Shown: positions 1 to 10,164 of the stretch, piece after piece | Layout of the letters: each line of letters opens with the position of its first letter | How positions within the stretch are numbered: the stretch's first letter is position 1 | Assembly (NCBI GenBank): GCA_048938025.1 | Contig: JBHLMP010000015.1 | Coordinates: 1-51,969 of the forward strand | DNA length: 51,969 nucleotides | Direction of reading: 5' to 3' | DNA from: Promethearchaeota archaeon | GTDB taxonomy: Archaea; Asgardarchaeota; Lokiarchaeia; Sigyniarchaeales; SOKP01 | Notes under the pieces: model-generated | Seen by the model: the letters and a program-made list of their open reading frames with translations, nothing else | Told to the model about the DNA's origin: nothing | The model's database searches: none | Translations under genes and position numbers: made by a program

Positions 1-260
1 GCAGGATAGAAGCTTAAAATAAAGGAGCTTAAAATAAAGAATAAAATTGATTTGTTTAGCTTATTTAACTTTATATTATACATATTATTTTTCGCCTTTT
101 TTTGTAAATTAAAAATGATATGAAATTAGATTTACATTCATTATATTTATACTTTTATTTACGGTAAAAGTACTAAATTGCTTTCTATAAAAAAATTATT
201 TTAATCTTTATAATAGTTCAAATCTAGTAATACTTAATGAAGAAGATTGCGTGAAAAAAT

Positions 261-728
261 TTGGAAGATAGAGAAAAATTAACTTCATTTGATACAAGAA
301 AATATCCTGTACGACCTCATGTTGGAGTTGGTATCCTTCTTGTCCGGGATAAAAACTTATTATTGGTTAAGAGAAAATTTGATCCCGATGCAGGGTATTG
401 GTCAATTCCAGGTGGTCATTTGGATCTTGGTGAGAAAGTACAGTCTGCTGCTGAAAGAGAAGGTTTCGAAGAAACAAGATTCAAAGTGAAAGTAACGAAA
501 TTAGCAGGGATAATTGATAAAATCATGTATGATGAGAATGGAGAAATTGAATATCACTATGTTTTGATAAATTATTTTGTTGAGCAAATTGAAGGAGACG
601 CTAATCAACCCCCTAAAGCTGCTGATGATGCTTTAGAAGCAAAATTTGTCCCCTTCGAAGAATTAAAAAATTATAATTTAACTGAATCGTTGATTGAACT
701 TCTGAAACAATTAAAAATAGGATTCTAA
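261..728 (+). CDS. Nudix hydrolase (ADP-ribose pyrophosphatase-like)
   Basis: Nudix-box-like GGHLDLGEKVQSAAEREGFEETR; TTG start. Confidence 0.85.
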   Translation: MEDREKLTSFDTRKYPVRPHVGVGILLVRDKNLLLVKRKFDPDAGYWSIPGGHLDLGEKVQSAAEREGFEETRFKVKVTKLAGIIDKIMYDENGEIEYHYVLINYFVEQIEGDANQPPKAADDALEAKFVPFEELKNYNLTESLIELLKQLKIGF

Positions 729-738
729 AAAAAAAGAT

Positions 739-873
739 TTATTTATAATTTTTTCGCTTTTCAATAAGAATCACTAATGAGAAAATTGCCATAATTGGTA
801 TTAATAAGAAAAGGTCATAGCCAGGAATGATTCCCTCCGATTCTTGGTAATGCGAAAATATGAATATGATCAT
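739..873 (-). CDS. 44-aa ORF or gene remnant that is essentially a Loki-CTERM-like sorting tail
   Basis: Manual translation MIIFIFSHYQESEGIIPGYDLFLLIPIMAIFSLVILIEKRKNYK*: IPGYD, hydrophobic helix, basic tail; absent from ORF track. Confidence 0.5.
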   Translation of the reverse strand: MIIFIFSHYQESEGIIPGYDLFLLIPIMAIFSLVILIEKRKNYK

Positions 874-1046
874 TCTTATTAAAATACCTTTTCTACACTT
901 TTAAAAAAATATTTCTTGGATTTATTTTAACATAAGAGAAAATGAATTGTAACTAATAAAACAAAAGAATATAATTTTTCTTTTATTAGTTATAATAGAG
1001 ATTGGATTAATGAGAATTTATTAATATTTTTTAAAGGTCTTAAGAT

Positions 1047-2363
1047 TTGTCTACATTAATGAAAGATGCTAGAAATGGCAAGATAACTAAAGAGATGGAA
1101 ATTGTTGCTAAAAATGAACAAGTGGATCTAGAATTCATAAGACGTGGAATTGAAAACGGGAGAATTATTATCCCTAAATCGAATAGAAGAGAATTAAAAT
1201 CTCCTATTGGTATTGGTAAGGGATTACTAGTAAAAATAAATGCGAATGTTGGTTCATCTAAAACTGTTTGTAATATTGACATGGAACTAGATAAAGCTAA
1301 AATTGCCGTTCAATTTGGTGCAGATACAGTAATGGATCTAAGTTCTGGAGTGACTGAGCAGGATATTAAAAGCATAAGGAGGAAAATTTTAAGTGAAATT
1401 AATGTACCATTAGGAACTGTCCCAATATATCAAACAGCAGTGAGATCAATAGAGAAAAAAGGTGCTATTATCCATATGGATGAGGATGATATGTTTAATG
1501 TTATAGAAGAACAAGCAAAGGAGGGTGTAGATTTTTTTACGATACATGTTGGAGTAACAAAAGAAATTGTTAATTACTTAGTAGATCATCCCCGATTGAT
1601 GGGTGTAGTTTCCAGAGGTGGAACATTCTTAGCATCTTGGATTTTAGAACATGATATGGAAAATCCATATAATAGAAGATATGATTATTTACTAGAAATG
1701 GCAAAAGAATACGACTTTACTTTATCTTTAGGTGATGGTTTGAGACCAGGGGGAATCTTTGATTCAACCGATTATGTTCAAATACAGGAACTACTTGAAA
1801 TTTCTAAATTAGTAAAGAGAGCATGGCAAGAAAATATACAAGTAATGGTTGAGGGACCTGGTCATATCCCAGCAAATGAAATAGAGAGTAATGTCAAAAT
1901 GCAAAAATCTTTATGCGATGAAGCCCCTTTCTATGTTTTAGGACCTTTAGTAACTGACATTGCTCCTGGTTATGATGATATTGTTAGTGCAATAGGTGGT
2001 ACTATTGCTGGTTTAGCAGGTGCGGACTATTTATGCTATGTCACTCCAAGTGAGCATTTAGGACTCCCTACTAAAGAAGAAGTTAAAAGAGGAGTAATTG
2101 CTTCAAAAATTGCTGCACATGCAGTGAATATTGCAAAATATGGACCAAGGGCTTCTAATTGGGATTATCATATGGATATTGCTCGTAAAAATCTTGATTG
2201 GGAAGAAATGATAAATTTATCTATTGATCCTGAATTAGCGAGAAAAGTTCATTACAGAAATGGCGCTAATGAATTTGATGATGTTTGTAGCATGTGTGGA
2301 GAATTATGTGCTATTAAACTCTTAAAAGACGCTCTAGAAAGTAAAAAAAAATCTAAGAAGTAA
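1047..2363 (+). CDS. thiC: Phosphomethylpyrimidine synthase ThiC
   Basis: KINANVG, GADTVMDLS, SRGG, SLGDGLRPG, EGPGH, YVTPSEHL and C-terminal CSMCGELC cluster motif. Confidence 0.97.
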   Translation: MSTLMKDARNGKITKEMEIVAKNEQVDLEFIRRGIENGRIIIPKSNRRELKSPIGIGKGLLVKINANVGSSKTVCNIDMELDKAKIAVQFGADTVMDLSSGVTEQDIKSIRRKILSEINVPLGTVPIYQTAVRSIEKKGAIIHMDEDDMFNVIEEQAKEGVDFFTIHVGVTKEIVNYLVDHPRLMGVVSRGGTFLASWILEHDMENPYNRRYDYLLEMAKEYDFTLSLGDGLRPGGIFDSTDYVQIQELLEISKLVKRAWQENIQVMVEGPGHIPANEIESNVKMQKSLCDEAPFYVLGPLVTDIAPGYDDIVSAIGGTIAGLAGADYLCYVTPSEHLGLPTKEEVKRGVIASKIAAHAVNIAKYGPRASNWDYHMDIARKNLDWEEMINLSIDPELARKVHYRNGANEFDDVCSMCGELCAIKLLKDALESKKKSKK

Positions 2364-2371
2364 GAGATTTC

Positions 2372-3058
2372 TTATTTTAATTTAACACCTAACGCATTTG
2401 GACATAATTTACGACATAAATTACATTTTTTAAGAGTATAGCCTTTTTCTGTTTCGATAATTGAATGTTCTCTACATGCTTTTTGGTTAACTGTGATTCC
2501 ATCTAATGCTCCTTGAGGACAAGAATTAAGGCAGATTTGACAGTTTGTTAAACATCCTTCATACTCTGCTATTTCATCCCCTTTTAAATTAATGTTGATT
2601 AATACAGCGCCAAGTTGGATCATATTCCCAAAATTTTCATTGATCAATAAAGTGTTTTTTCCTAAAATCCCCAATCCTGCAAGATAACCTGCATGTCTTA
2701 ACGATAAAATTGCTCTACCATATTTTCTTTCAGGTTCCCAATGTTCATAAGGGTCATCAGAAGGAATGGGAACACAGTTTATTTCTAATTCTTCGAACAT
2801 CCTTACAATTTTTAGAGTTAATTCATCTACTTCATTAATTACAATTGAATTAAAATGCGAGTACGGAACGCAACTTGATGCCAACAAAGGTGATTGAGGA
2901 ACTTTTTTAGCATAGACTATCACTGTTTTACAATCTTTATATATGTCTAATGGATGAAATCCAGCTGGAGCTTCATTAAATCTTTCAATAGGAGCTAGAC
3001 CACATAGATCAGCACCTAAACCTTTAATTTTTTCTTTAATAATTTGATGATTGATCAT
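2372..3058 (-). CDS. QueG-like (epoxyqueuosine reductase family) 4Fe-4S protein
   Basis: GADLCG, RHAGYLAGLGILGKN, CLTNCQICLNSCP, CNLCRKLCP. Confidence 0.75.
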   Translation of the reverse strand: MINHQIIKEKIKGLGADLCGLAPIERFNEAPAGFHPLDIYKDCKTVIVYAKKVPQSPLLASSCVPYSHFNSIVINEVDELTLKIVRMFEELEINCVPIPSDDPYEHWEPERKYGRAILSLRHAGYLAGLGILGKNTLLINENFGNMIQLGAVLININLKGDEIAEYEGCLTNCQICLNSCPQGALDGITVNQKACREHSIIETEKGYTLKKCNLCRKLCPNALGVKLK

Positions 3059-3113
3059 GATACATATAAATTGTTTTAAGATTCTTATAAAATTAGAGAT
3101 CGATCAAGCCAAT

Positions 3114-4517
3114 TCAATTAGATATTAAATTGATTATCTTCTGCAGTTTTACAATCATATCTTTTGAGTTTTTACCAAATAGTCTCATCATAGGTTCTTT
3201 ACCAATAGTTCCCTTATCCCAAATAATATCAGGAATTTTACCATTTTTCTCAAAACTTTCTTTGATTATCCATTGCATCGTAGAAAACTCTTTCAATTTA
3301 ATTTCATCTGGTTGTCTTTCCCTAATAATCTCCTTTAATTCTAAATCAGTACTCTCTTGAATTAATTTTATCAAAGTAGGTGTATATTTTAGATTCATCA
3401 CAAAATTAACTGATTTATCAAATCGCTTTGCTGAGAATAATAATCTCGCAGTATGATCAGATCCCCCAAATTTAATTTCGCCGGACGCTTTAGGAAAGCC
3501 ATCTACAATCGTTATTCTCCCTTCAATTCCTGCAACATCTTCAATTTTTGTTGGATTAGGAATTGAACCAGATATATTCATCCTTACTTCAGGTATGAGG
3601 TGGCTAAATTCTTTGAATTGAGCAATATAATTGTAGATTTCTTTTATCTGATTTATAACAATTAACTTGTCATCTGATAATGATAAATCAATAACTATCC
3701 CTTTATCAGGCAATTTTATAAAAGTCTGAAATGTATAATCAAAAAAGTCTTCTGCCATGGCAATTGTTTTATCTATTGAATTACCTTTTGCCAAAAAAGC
3801 AGTAATTGCCGAGGAAAATATACAACCTGTTCCATGTACATTTCCATTATGTGGAATCTTTACTTTTCTAAATAATAGAAATTCATAGGTAAGCTGATTA
3901 TTTACCTTTTTTCCAATGCACGCAAGATCGAAAATTTCTTTATTTGTGCTACCAGCACCTTTAATAACTACTGCTTTTTCTTTAAGTTCTGAATTCCCGT
4001 TTAAAAATAATTTATTTAATAAAATTTCTGCTGCATCCTTAATCTTATCTAAATTCTCAACAGTTATATTATTAAGATCTTTATTTGAATAGAAAGCTGC
4101 TTCAGTTATATTAGGAGTAATTATAGTTGCTAGTGGAAATAAACCCCTTTCAATTTCTAATTCTAACCCCTCACTGGAGAGCCTCTCTCCCGCGCTCGCG
4201 ACAGACACGGGATCTATAATGACGGTTAAGTTAAACTTTTTAACATAATTAGCAATTATATCGATCGTTTTAATGTCTGGAATCATGCCAATTTTAACAT
4301 ACTTAATAGGATACACAGAAAAAATTGAATCTAATTGCTTATCAAGCTCATCAGATAGAGACTTATATCCATAAAATTGTGTAGCTGTTTGATAAGTAAT
4401 CGCTGTAATTACAGAAAAAGGATAAACCCCACATCTATCAAAAGTCCTTATGTCAGCTTGAATTCCAGCTCCAGAGGTAGGATCTGCCCCTGCTATTGTT
4501 AAACAAAGAGGTTTCAT
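3114..4517 (-). CDS. thiD: ThiD-ThiN fusion (HMP/HMP-P kinase plus archaeal thiamine-phosphate synthase)
   Basis: IAGADPTSGAGIQAD, TPNITEA, HGTGC; C-terminal LIPEVRMN, FGGSDHTAR, GKEPM (ThiN). Confidence 0.92.
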   Translation of the reverse strand: MKPLCLTIAGADPTSGAGIQADIRTFDRCGVYPFSVITAITYQTATQFYGYKSLSDELDKQLDSIFSVYPIKYVKIGMIPDIKTIDIIANYVKKFNLTVIIDPVSVASAGERLSSEGLELEIERGLFPLATIITPNITEAAFYSNKDLNNITVENLDKIKDAAEILLNKLFLNGNSELKEKAVVIKGAGSTNKEIFDLACIGKKVNNQLTYEFLLFRKVKIPHNGNVHGTGCIFSSAITAFLAKGNSIDKTIAMAEDFFDYTFQTFIKLPDKGIVIDLSLSDDKLIVINQIKEIYNYIAQFKEFSHLIPEVRMNISGSIPNPTKIEDVAGIEGRITIVDGFPKASGEIKFGGSDHTARLLFSAKRFDKSVNFVMNLKYTPTLIKLIQESTDLELKEIIRERQPDEIKLKEFSTMQWIIKESFEKNGKIPDIIWDKGTIGKEPMMRLFGKNSKDMIVKLQKIINLISN

Positions 4518-4547
4518 AATAATTATAGTATAATAAAAGCAATAAAT

Positions 4548-5132
4548 TTATTTGACCCTATCAAAAGCCCATTTAGCTTTATCCTCTAAACCAAGCTCTT
4601 GATATGATTTACCCAAATATAGAAAAGCATCAGGAAAATCATAGCCTGCCTTTCCTGATTTTACCAATTTAAATAAATAGTTAATAGCTAAATCATAACG
4701 TCCTGTTATATAGTTTGTTTTCCCAAGTAAAAAGAGAATTTGCTGACTCTTGTAATCATTAGTTTTGTTATCATAAGTTGCATTAAGTCGATTTAATGCT
4801 GCATCATATTCTTCTTCTTCAATTAAATATTCAATAGCTTCTACAAATTTTAAAAAAACCATTCTATCAGCAATTTTTTTCATTTTTAGAATGGCTTCTT
4901 CTTCTATTTCCTTATCAGCGGCCTCTTGTTTTTCCCTTTCTTTTTTTTTTAAAAAATTCTTAAATTTATCTATTAGTTTCTGAGAATATGGTTCTCTACA
5001 TAATGGACAATTGTTAGAATTAGTTAACCATTCTTTTAAACAATCTTCATGAATAGGATGTCTATTGGGGCATTTATAATACGAATCAATGCTTTCATAA
5101 ATCATCATGTGACAAATAATACAAGAAGGCAT
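4548..5132 (-). CDS. RING-H2 finger plus TPR protein (E3-ligase-like)
   Basis: CIIC..CPNRHPIHEDCLKEW..CPLCR; C-terminal TPR-like helices LGKTNY..AINYL and AFLYLGKSY..AKWAF. Confidence 0.75.
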   Translation of the reverse strand: MPSCIICHMMIYESIDSYYKCPNRHPIHEDCLKEWLTNSNNCPLCREPYSQKLIDKFKNFLKKKEREKQEAADKEIEEEAILKMKKIADRMVFLKFVEAIEYLIEEEEYDAALNRLNATYDNKTNDYKSQQILFLLGKTNYITGRYDLAINYLFKLVKSGKAGYDFPDAFLYLGKSYQELGLEDKAKWAFDRVK

Positions 5133-5357
5133 ATTTAGTCTATAATAGGGTTATTTGAAACCATTCATGAAATGATATAATAAATTATAAAAACTAACTA
5201 TTTTTAAAAATATGGTATTAAATTAATTAATATAAATTTAGATAAAAATTATTAATTAGATGCGTATTAACAACCAAATAAATATGTTAATCAAGTAGAA
5301 AATAATAAAAATAATAAATATTATTATATTGATATAAAAAATTAGATTCTGGTTCAT

Positions 5358-6917
5358 ATGCCAATAAATAGAAATAAACTTTTTATTGAATTATTCAACA
5401 AGTTCTTAGAGATTAATACTGATGTTGAAGCTTTAATTATATCTGATCAAGAAGGATTAATAATAGCAGGTGAAAAAAGAAAAGATATAGATATTGAAAT
5501 AGTTTCCGTTTTAACAGCAATAATTAATCCTGTTTTGGAACGAATTCGAAATGAATTTGCTTTTAAAAAATTTGGTACAGCAAGCTTTGATACAGAACGT
5601 CATCGGTTAGTATTTATCTCTATTGATGAACAAAGGATTTTAAGCTTAGTTTTAAACCATATGGCGTCAATTGAAAAAATATCTCCTTATGGGTTTTTTC
5701 TTGCTGAAAAAGTAGCTCAGATTTTAACTGTTGAAGAAGGAGATTTAATTCAAGTATCTGTTCCCAATTTTGAATATCAGGCTAAGAATGCTATACGATT
5801 GAAAGATCAGATATATCAAATGAAAATGGATGTTGGGGGAGAATACCGTTTTAAATTTGTTATTATAGGCAACCATGAAGTAGGAAAAACGTCTATTATA
5901 AGAAGATTTGTTGAAAAAAAGTTTTCTACTGATTACCGGGCGACAATAGGGCTTAATATTTTATCTCATGCATTCGAATTTTTTGGCAATGAAATATCTG
6001 TGACTCTTTGGGATATCGGAGCGCAAAAATATTTTAGACGATTTCGCAAAACATATTATTTAGGTGCTCAAGCAGCATTTCTTGTTTTTGATTTAACCAA
6101 CAGAGAATCTTTTGATAATATCTCAAGTTGGTATGAAGAACTAAAAAGCTTTGTTGAGATTACAGATTTGCCAGTTGTTCTTGTTGGAAATAAATCTGAC
6201 TTAACAGAACAGCGAAAAATTTCATATGAAGAAGGTGTAATTCTGGCAAATAAATTATCTGAACAACAAAAAGTAAAAATCTCTTATATTGAAACAAGTG
6301 CTTTAAGCGGAGATAATGTTGAAGATGCATTCAATTTAATATCATATCACTATGTAATGAAGAGTAAAGAACTCGAAGAAGAAAGACGTGGTAATATGTT
6401 GTATGATGAAATTAAAGCTATATTAGACAAGAAAATAGTTTTTACACTCTCTTTTTTGGTAGAAAGTCCACATTGGGATCCTGGTTTGCAAATACTATCA
6501 AATATTGGACAGTTAGGGGATTTTTCTGCAATTAGAGATTATGAAGATGAAAGAGTCTTCCAATACCCTAATGGATTAATTTTGAAGGAACATCTCTATT
6601 CATCAATAGATATATCTAACTCAGATGGAGTATTTTGCATATTTGATGCTAGAGACAAAGAACACATCAATCCTAAATGGAAAGGAATTATTATTAATAT
6701 GATTAAGAATCTAAAAAGAGATGGTGTTATCTCAATTGGTATAAGAGTTTCAGAAACGAGTGATTTTTCTCAGCTGATTGAAGAATTAAATGTAGATGAA
6801 GATTTAGATAAAAAGGAAGTGGTAAATCTCTTATTCTTTAGAATTGGAGATGACTATAAACTAGATGTATTCGATCAATTAAACGTAATGCTTAGTGCTA
6901 TTAAGGAAAAAGTGTAA
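5358..6917 (+). CDS. Roadblock domain plus Rab-like small GTPase plus degenerate C-terminal domain
   Basis: N-terminal ALIISDQEGLII (roadblock-like); G1 GNHEVGKT, G2 YRATIG, G3 WDIGAQ, G4 GNKSD, G5 ETSA. Confidence 0.85.
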   Translation: MPINRNKLFIELFNKFLEINTDVEALIISDQEGLIIAGEKRKDIDIEIVSVLTAIINPVLERIRNEFAFKKFGTASFDTERHRLVFISIDEQRILSLVLNHMASIEKISPYGFFLAEKVAQILTVEEGDLIQVSVPNFEYQAKNAIRLKDQIYQMKMDVGGEYRFKFVIIGNHEVGKTSIIRRFVEKKFSTDYRATIGLNILSHAFEFFGNEISVTLWDIGAQKYFRRFRKTYYLGAQAAFLVFDLTNRESFDNISSWYEELKSFVEITDLPVVLVGNKSDLTEQRKISYEEGVILANKLSEQQKVKISYIETSALSGDNVEDAFNLISYHYVMKSKELEEERRGNMLYDEIKAILDKKIVFTLSFLVESPHWDPGLQILSNIGQLGDFSAIRDYEDERVFQYPNGLILKEHLYSSIDISNSDGVFCIFDARDKEHINPKWKGIIINMIKNLKRDGVISIGIRVSETSDFSQLIEELNVDEDLDKKEVVNLLFFRIGDDYKLDVFDQLNVMLSAIKEKV

Positions 6918-7141
6918 AATAAGCAAATCCAAATAAATAACTGGTTTATTTAGATATCTTACTTTTATTCAGATTTTATTAAATTGGTTCAACAGATTTA
7001 ATTATTAGACTCAGTCGATAATAGTTTTCAAAATTAAAAAAAATCTCAGATCTAATAGCTCAGAACTATATATGGTGGTGTTCTTCTCAGACATCGCAAT
7101 TTTGTCGATCGGACGAAATCATTAACCCAATCATATAATAT

Positions 7142-7167
7142 CGGTAATTTACCGTAATATTTATATA
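7142..7167 (+). promoter_or_regulatory. Palindrome CGGTAA-T-TTACCG next to a TATA-like box upstream of the histone gene
   Basis: Perfect inverted repeat 7142-7154; TTTATATA 7160-7167; GGAGG SD at about 7245. Confidence 0.45.
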
Positions 7168-7257
7168 TTTAAATAAAGTAATATAATTTAAAGAAGTTTT
7201 TTGTAAAAATTAAAACATTTTCAAAATATTTTAAATTAAAAAGTGGAGGAATAAAAA

Positions 7258-7470
7258 ATGGCAAAAAAAGTATTTGCTTGGTCCCCTGTGAGAAAATTAA
7301 TGAAAGACAACGGCGCTGAAATGGTTGCTCGAGATGCTGTTGATGCCCTAATTGATTATTTAGAAAAAATGGCTAAGGGTGCAACAAATAAAGCTCTTGA
7401 AATGACCCGACACGCTGGTCGCAAGAAACTCACGCTTGGGGACATGAACTTGGCAATGAATTTGATGTAA
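7258..7470 (+). CDS. Archaeal histone (HMf-like)
   Basis: 70 aa histone fold: SPVRKLMK..GAEMV..AV..L..YLE..A..A..HAGRKKL..D; strong SD; T-rich terminator downstream. Confidence 0.9.
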   Translation: MAKKVFAWSPVRKLMKDNGAEMVARDAVDALIDYLEKMAKGATNKALEMTRHAGRKKLTLGDMNLAMNLM

Positions 7471-7639
7471 AATAAGTCTAAATTAACGAATAATTAATAA
7501 CCTTATTTTTTTATTTTTTTTAATTTATATTTCTTCAATAAATCAATTCATCATTAAGGAGTTGTAAATATAAATAAATAATACTCTACATTTGCATAGA
7601 TTATTTTTCATAGGGAATTAATAACACTATTTTGAAATA

Positions 7640-8830
7640 ATGGAATCAACCCCTCCAATAAAAAAATACAAGTCAAATATAAACAAGTTGTATATTTTCT
7701 ATTTTATTATGGGAATCCATACTGTGAGGGGGATTTACATACCATATATGATGGATTGGGGTGGTCTGACATTCTTTCAGATTATGATCCTACAAAGTTA
7801 TTTTATGTTAATGATTTTTCTTCTTGAAATCCCCTCAGGAGCTATTGCGGATCATATAGGTAGAAATATAGCATTGATGTTATCTGCTCTATCTGTTGCT
7901 ATAGCTGCTTTTATTTATAGTATTATGCCCAATCTTCTCTTATTCTTTTTAGCCGAGACTTTTTGGGCTTTTAGCTCTGCTCTATTTTCAGGTACCCAAG
8001 AAGCATTCACATTTAATACATTGAAAACAATGGACGAAGAAAAAAAACTTCCCAGTATTTTAGGAAGAATTCAAACAATTAATTTAATAGCTTTAACAAT
8101 ATCAGCACCACTGGGGAGCATTATCGCAGAATATATCTCATTACAATTTACTATGACTTGCCTTTCATTTATTTATATCGGAGCTTTTCTCACTTCATTA
8201 ACTTTTAAAGAACCTAAAATTGAAAATGAGAAGAAATCTCAGAGATATTTAACGATTTTAAAAGATGGTTTTCGTGAATTAAGAAAAAATAAAATATTGA
8301 GAACATTATGTTTTGACAGAGTATTTATAGGAGTTTTAACTTTTTTTCTGTTTTGGACATATCAAATATATCTAGAAGAAGTTAATATTCATAGGTTATG
8401 GTTTGGTTTTATATTAGCACTAATGAATGTTATTAACATGGTTTTTACACTTTTAATACCATGGCTTTTAAATTTGTTTAAAAAGAAGTTATTATTTTTA
8501 ATTATAATTAATCTAATTATTGGTACAGCATTTATTTTATTAGGATTTACTGTAAATCCTATTTTGGGAATCATTTTTCTTTTAGTAATAGTTGCTTTTG
8601 GGTATCCAAGATATCTGATATATGTTAATGGAATTAATAAACAAATCAAATCAGAAAATAGAGCAACAGTTCTTAGCACTATAAATATGTTTGGAAGCTT
8701 TCTAATGGCTATTGCTTATCCATTTATAGGACTAATAGTAGAATGGAATCCGTTTGTAGTATTTATATTAATAGGAATAATGATTTTAATTTTTACTTTA
8801 TTTACAAGAGTAAAAAATGAATACCTCTAG
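7640..8830 (+). CDS. MFS transporter
   Basis: About 12 hydrophobic segments; motif A-like EIPSGAIADHIGR; ENRATVLS. Confidence 0.88.
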   Translation: MESTPPIKKYKSNINKLYIFYFIMGIHTVRGIYIPYMMDWGGLTFFQIMILQSYFMLMIFLLEIPSGAIADHIGRNIALMLSALSVAIAAFIYSIMPNLLLFFLAETFWAFSSALFSGTQEAFTFNTLKTMDEEKKLPSILGRIQTINLIALTISAPLGSIIAEYISLQFTMTCLSFIYIGAFLTSLTFKEPKIENEKKSQRYLTILKDGFRELRKNKILRTLCFDRVFIGVLTFFLFWTYQIYLEEVNIHRLWFGFILALMNVINMVFTLLIPWLLNLFKKKLLFLIIINLIIGTAFILLGFTVNPILGIIFLLVIVAFGYPRYLIYVNGINKQIKSENRATVLSTINMFGSFLMAIAYPFIGLIVEWNPFVVFILIGIMILIFTLFTRVKNEYL

Positions 8831-8966
8831 TTTTTCATGACTTTTGAGTTTAATATTAAACATTCCTACAGCTTGAAAAGCGTAATTATTCTTTTTTAAT
8901 AGGTTTTAATAAAATTAAATCATTATTTAATTTACTTTAAACTAATAAAGAATAGAAAATTAAAAT

Positions 8967-9527
8967 ATGGAAAATTCAGAAGTTCACACATTTATCGAAG
9001 GTAAATTAATTGATCTTTTACCGTTAAACTCTGATCATGTTGAACTTTATTCAAAATGGGAAAATAATCCAGAAGTTCGTAAGTATGCTAGAACTGAAAT
9101 ACCTATCACTGTTGAGGAATCGAAAAAATATCTAGAACAAGGTAACAGTAAAATAAGAACAAGAATAATGTTCGAAATTTGGCATAAGAAAGATGAAAAA
9201 CCAATTGGGTTCTGTGAATTTGATGATATTTTTTGGTCTTATAGCATAGCACATATTGGATATTTAATTGGGGAAGTTGAATATTGGGGAAAAGGGATTG
9301 GAACAGAACTAGTTAAGTTGCTCCTCGAGTATGGATTTAAGGAATTGAATTTACATAAAATAACGGTTGATGTAGTTGTTCCTAATCTTAGCTCAATACG
9401 TTGTATTGAGAAAAATGGATTTAGACTTGAGGGTACATTGAAAAAAGAGATGTATATAGATGGAAAATATTATGATGTACTGAAATATGGGCTATTAAAG
9501 GAAGAATGGATTAGACTGAATAAATAA
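8967..9527 (+). CDS. GNAT acetyltransferase, RimJ/RimL-like
   Basis: YWGKGIGTE, GFKELNLHKI, N..S.R..EK.GF. Confidence 0.88.
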   Translation: MENSEVHTFIEGKLIDLLPLNSDHVELYSKWENNPEVRKYARTEIPITVEESKKYLEQGNSKIRTRIMFEIWHKKDEKPIGFCEFDDIFWSYSIAHIGYLIGEVEYWGKGIGTELVKLLLEYGFKELNLHKITVDVVVPNLSSIRCIEKNGFRLEGTLKKEMYIDGKYYDVLKYGLLKEEWIRLNK

Positions 9528-9585
9528 AATATAAGTGGAATTTCTTATCTAAAAAAATTAAAATGATATAAAAAGTGAAAAAAAA

Positions 9586-10149
9586 TTGGTAGAACAAGAA
9601 AAAATAATGAGTTCTCCTTTTATAGGTGGAGAATTAATTGATCTCTGCCCTATAAATTTAGAGAATGTTAAGCTATATACTAAGTGGGATAATGATCCAC
9701 GAGTGCGTAGATATGCAAGAAATATGATACCGCATACAATTGACGAGATTAAGAAACGATATGAACCGGAGAAAGAGAGGACACAAGGAAGTATTAATTT
9801 TGAAATTTGGTATAAAAAAGATAAAAAACTGATCGGATTAGCAGGATTTAATCGGTTAAACTGGTATGATCGCAATACCAATATTTTTGCAATAATTGGA
9901 GAAAAAGATTATTGGGGACAAGGAATTGGGACTGAAGTTGCCCAATTACTTATAGAATATGGGTTTAATGAGTTGAATTTGCATAAAATTAATGCAAGGA
10001 TTTTTTCACCAAATAAAAGTTCTTTACGTGTTGCTGAAAAAGCAGGATTTAAATATGAGGCTACAGATAAAGAAGAAATCTATATTGATGGAGGTTATGT
10101 TGATCACATAAAGTTATCGATTTTTAAAGATGATTGGAAGAAATCATAG
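9586..10149 (+). CDS. GNAT acetyltransferase, RimJ/RimL-like (tandem paralogue)
   Basis: YWGQGIGTE, GFNELNLHKI; colinear with the upstream gene. Confidence 0.88.
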   Translation: MVEQEKIMSSPFIGGELIDLCPINLENVKLYTKWDNDPRVRRYARNMIPHTIDEIKKRYEPEKERTQGSINFEIWYKKDKKLIGLAGFNRLNWYDRNTNIFAIIGEKDYWGQGIGTEVAQLLIEYGFNELNLHKINARIFSPNKSSLRVAEKAGFKYEATDKEEIYIDGGYVDHIKLSIFKDDWKKS

Positions 10150-10164
10150 AAAAAAACTAGATCA

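Noticed and set aside
11-39. Direct repeat AGCTTAAAATAAAG x2
   Set aside because: Only two adjacent AT-rich copies with no spacer; not CRISPR, probably slippage
730-1046. TPP riboswitch upstream of thiC
   Set aside because: No CUGAGA-type core seen; the GC-richer patch is explained by the minus-strand IPGY ORF
7009-7095. Four CTCAG copies (CUGA on the minus strand) as a C/D sRNA or small ORF
   Set aside because: No convincing C box, and the 27-codon ORF has no recognisable features
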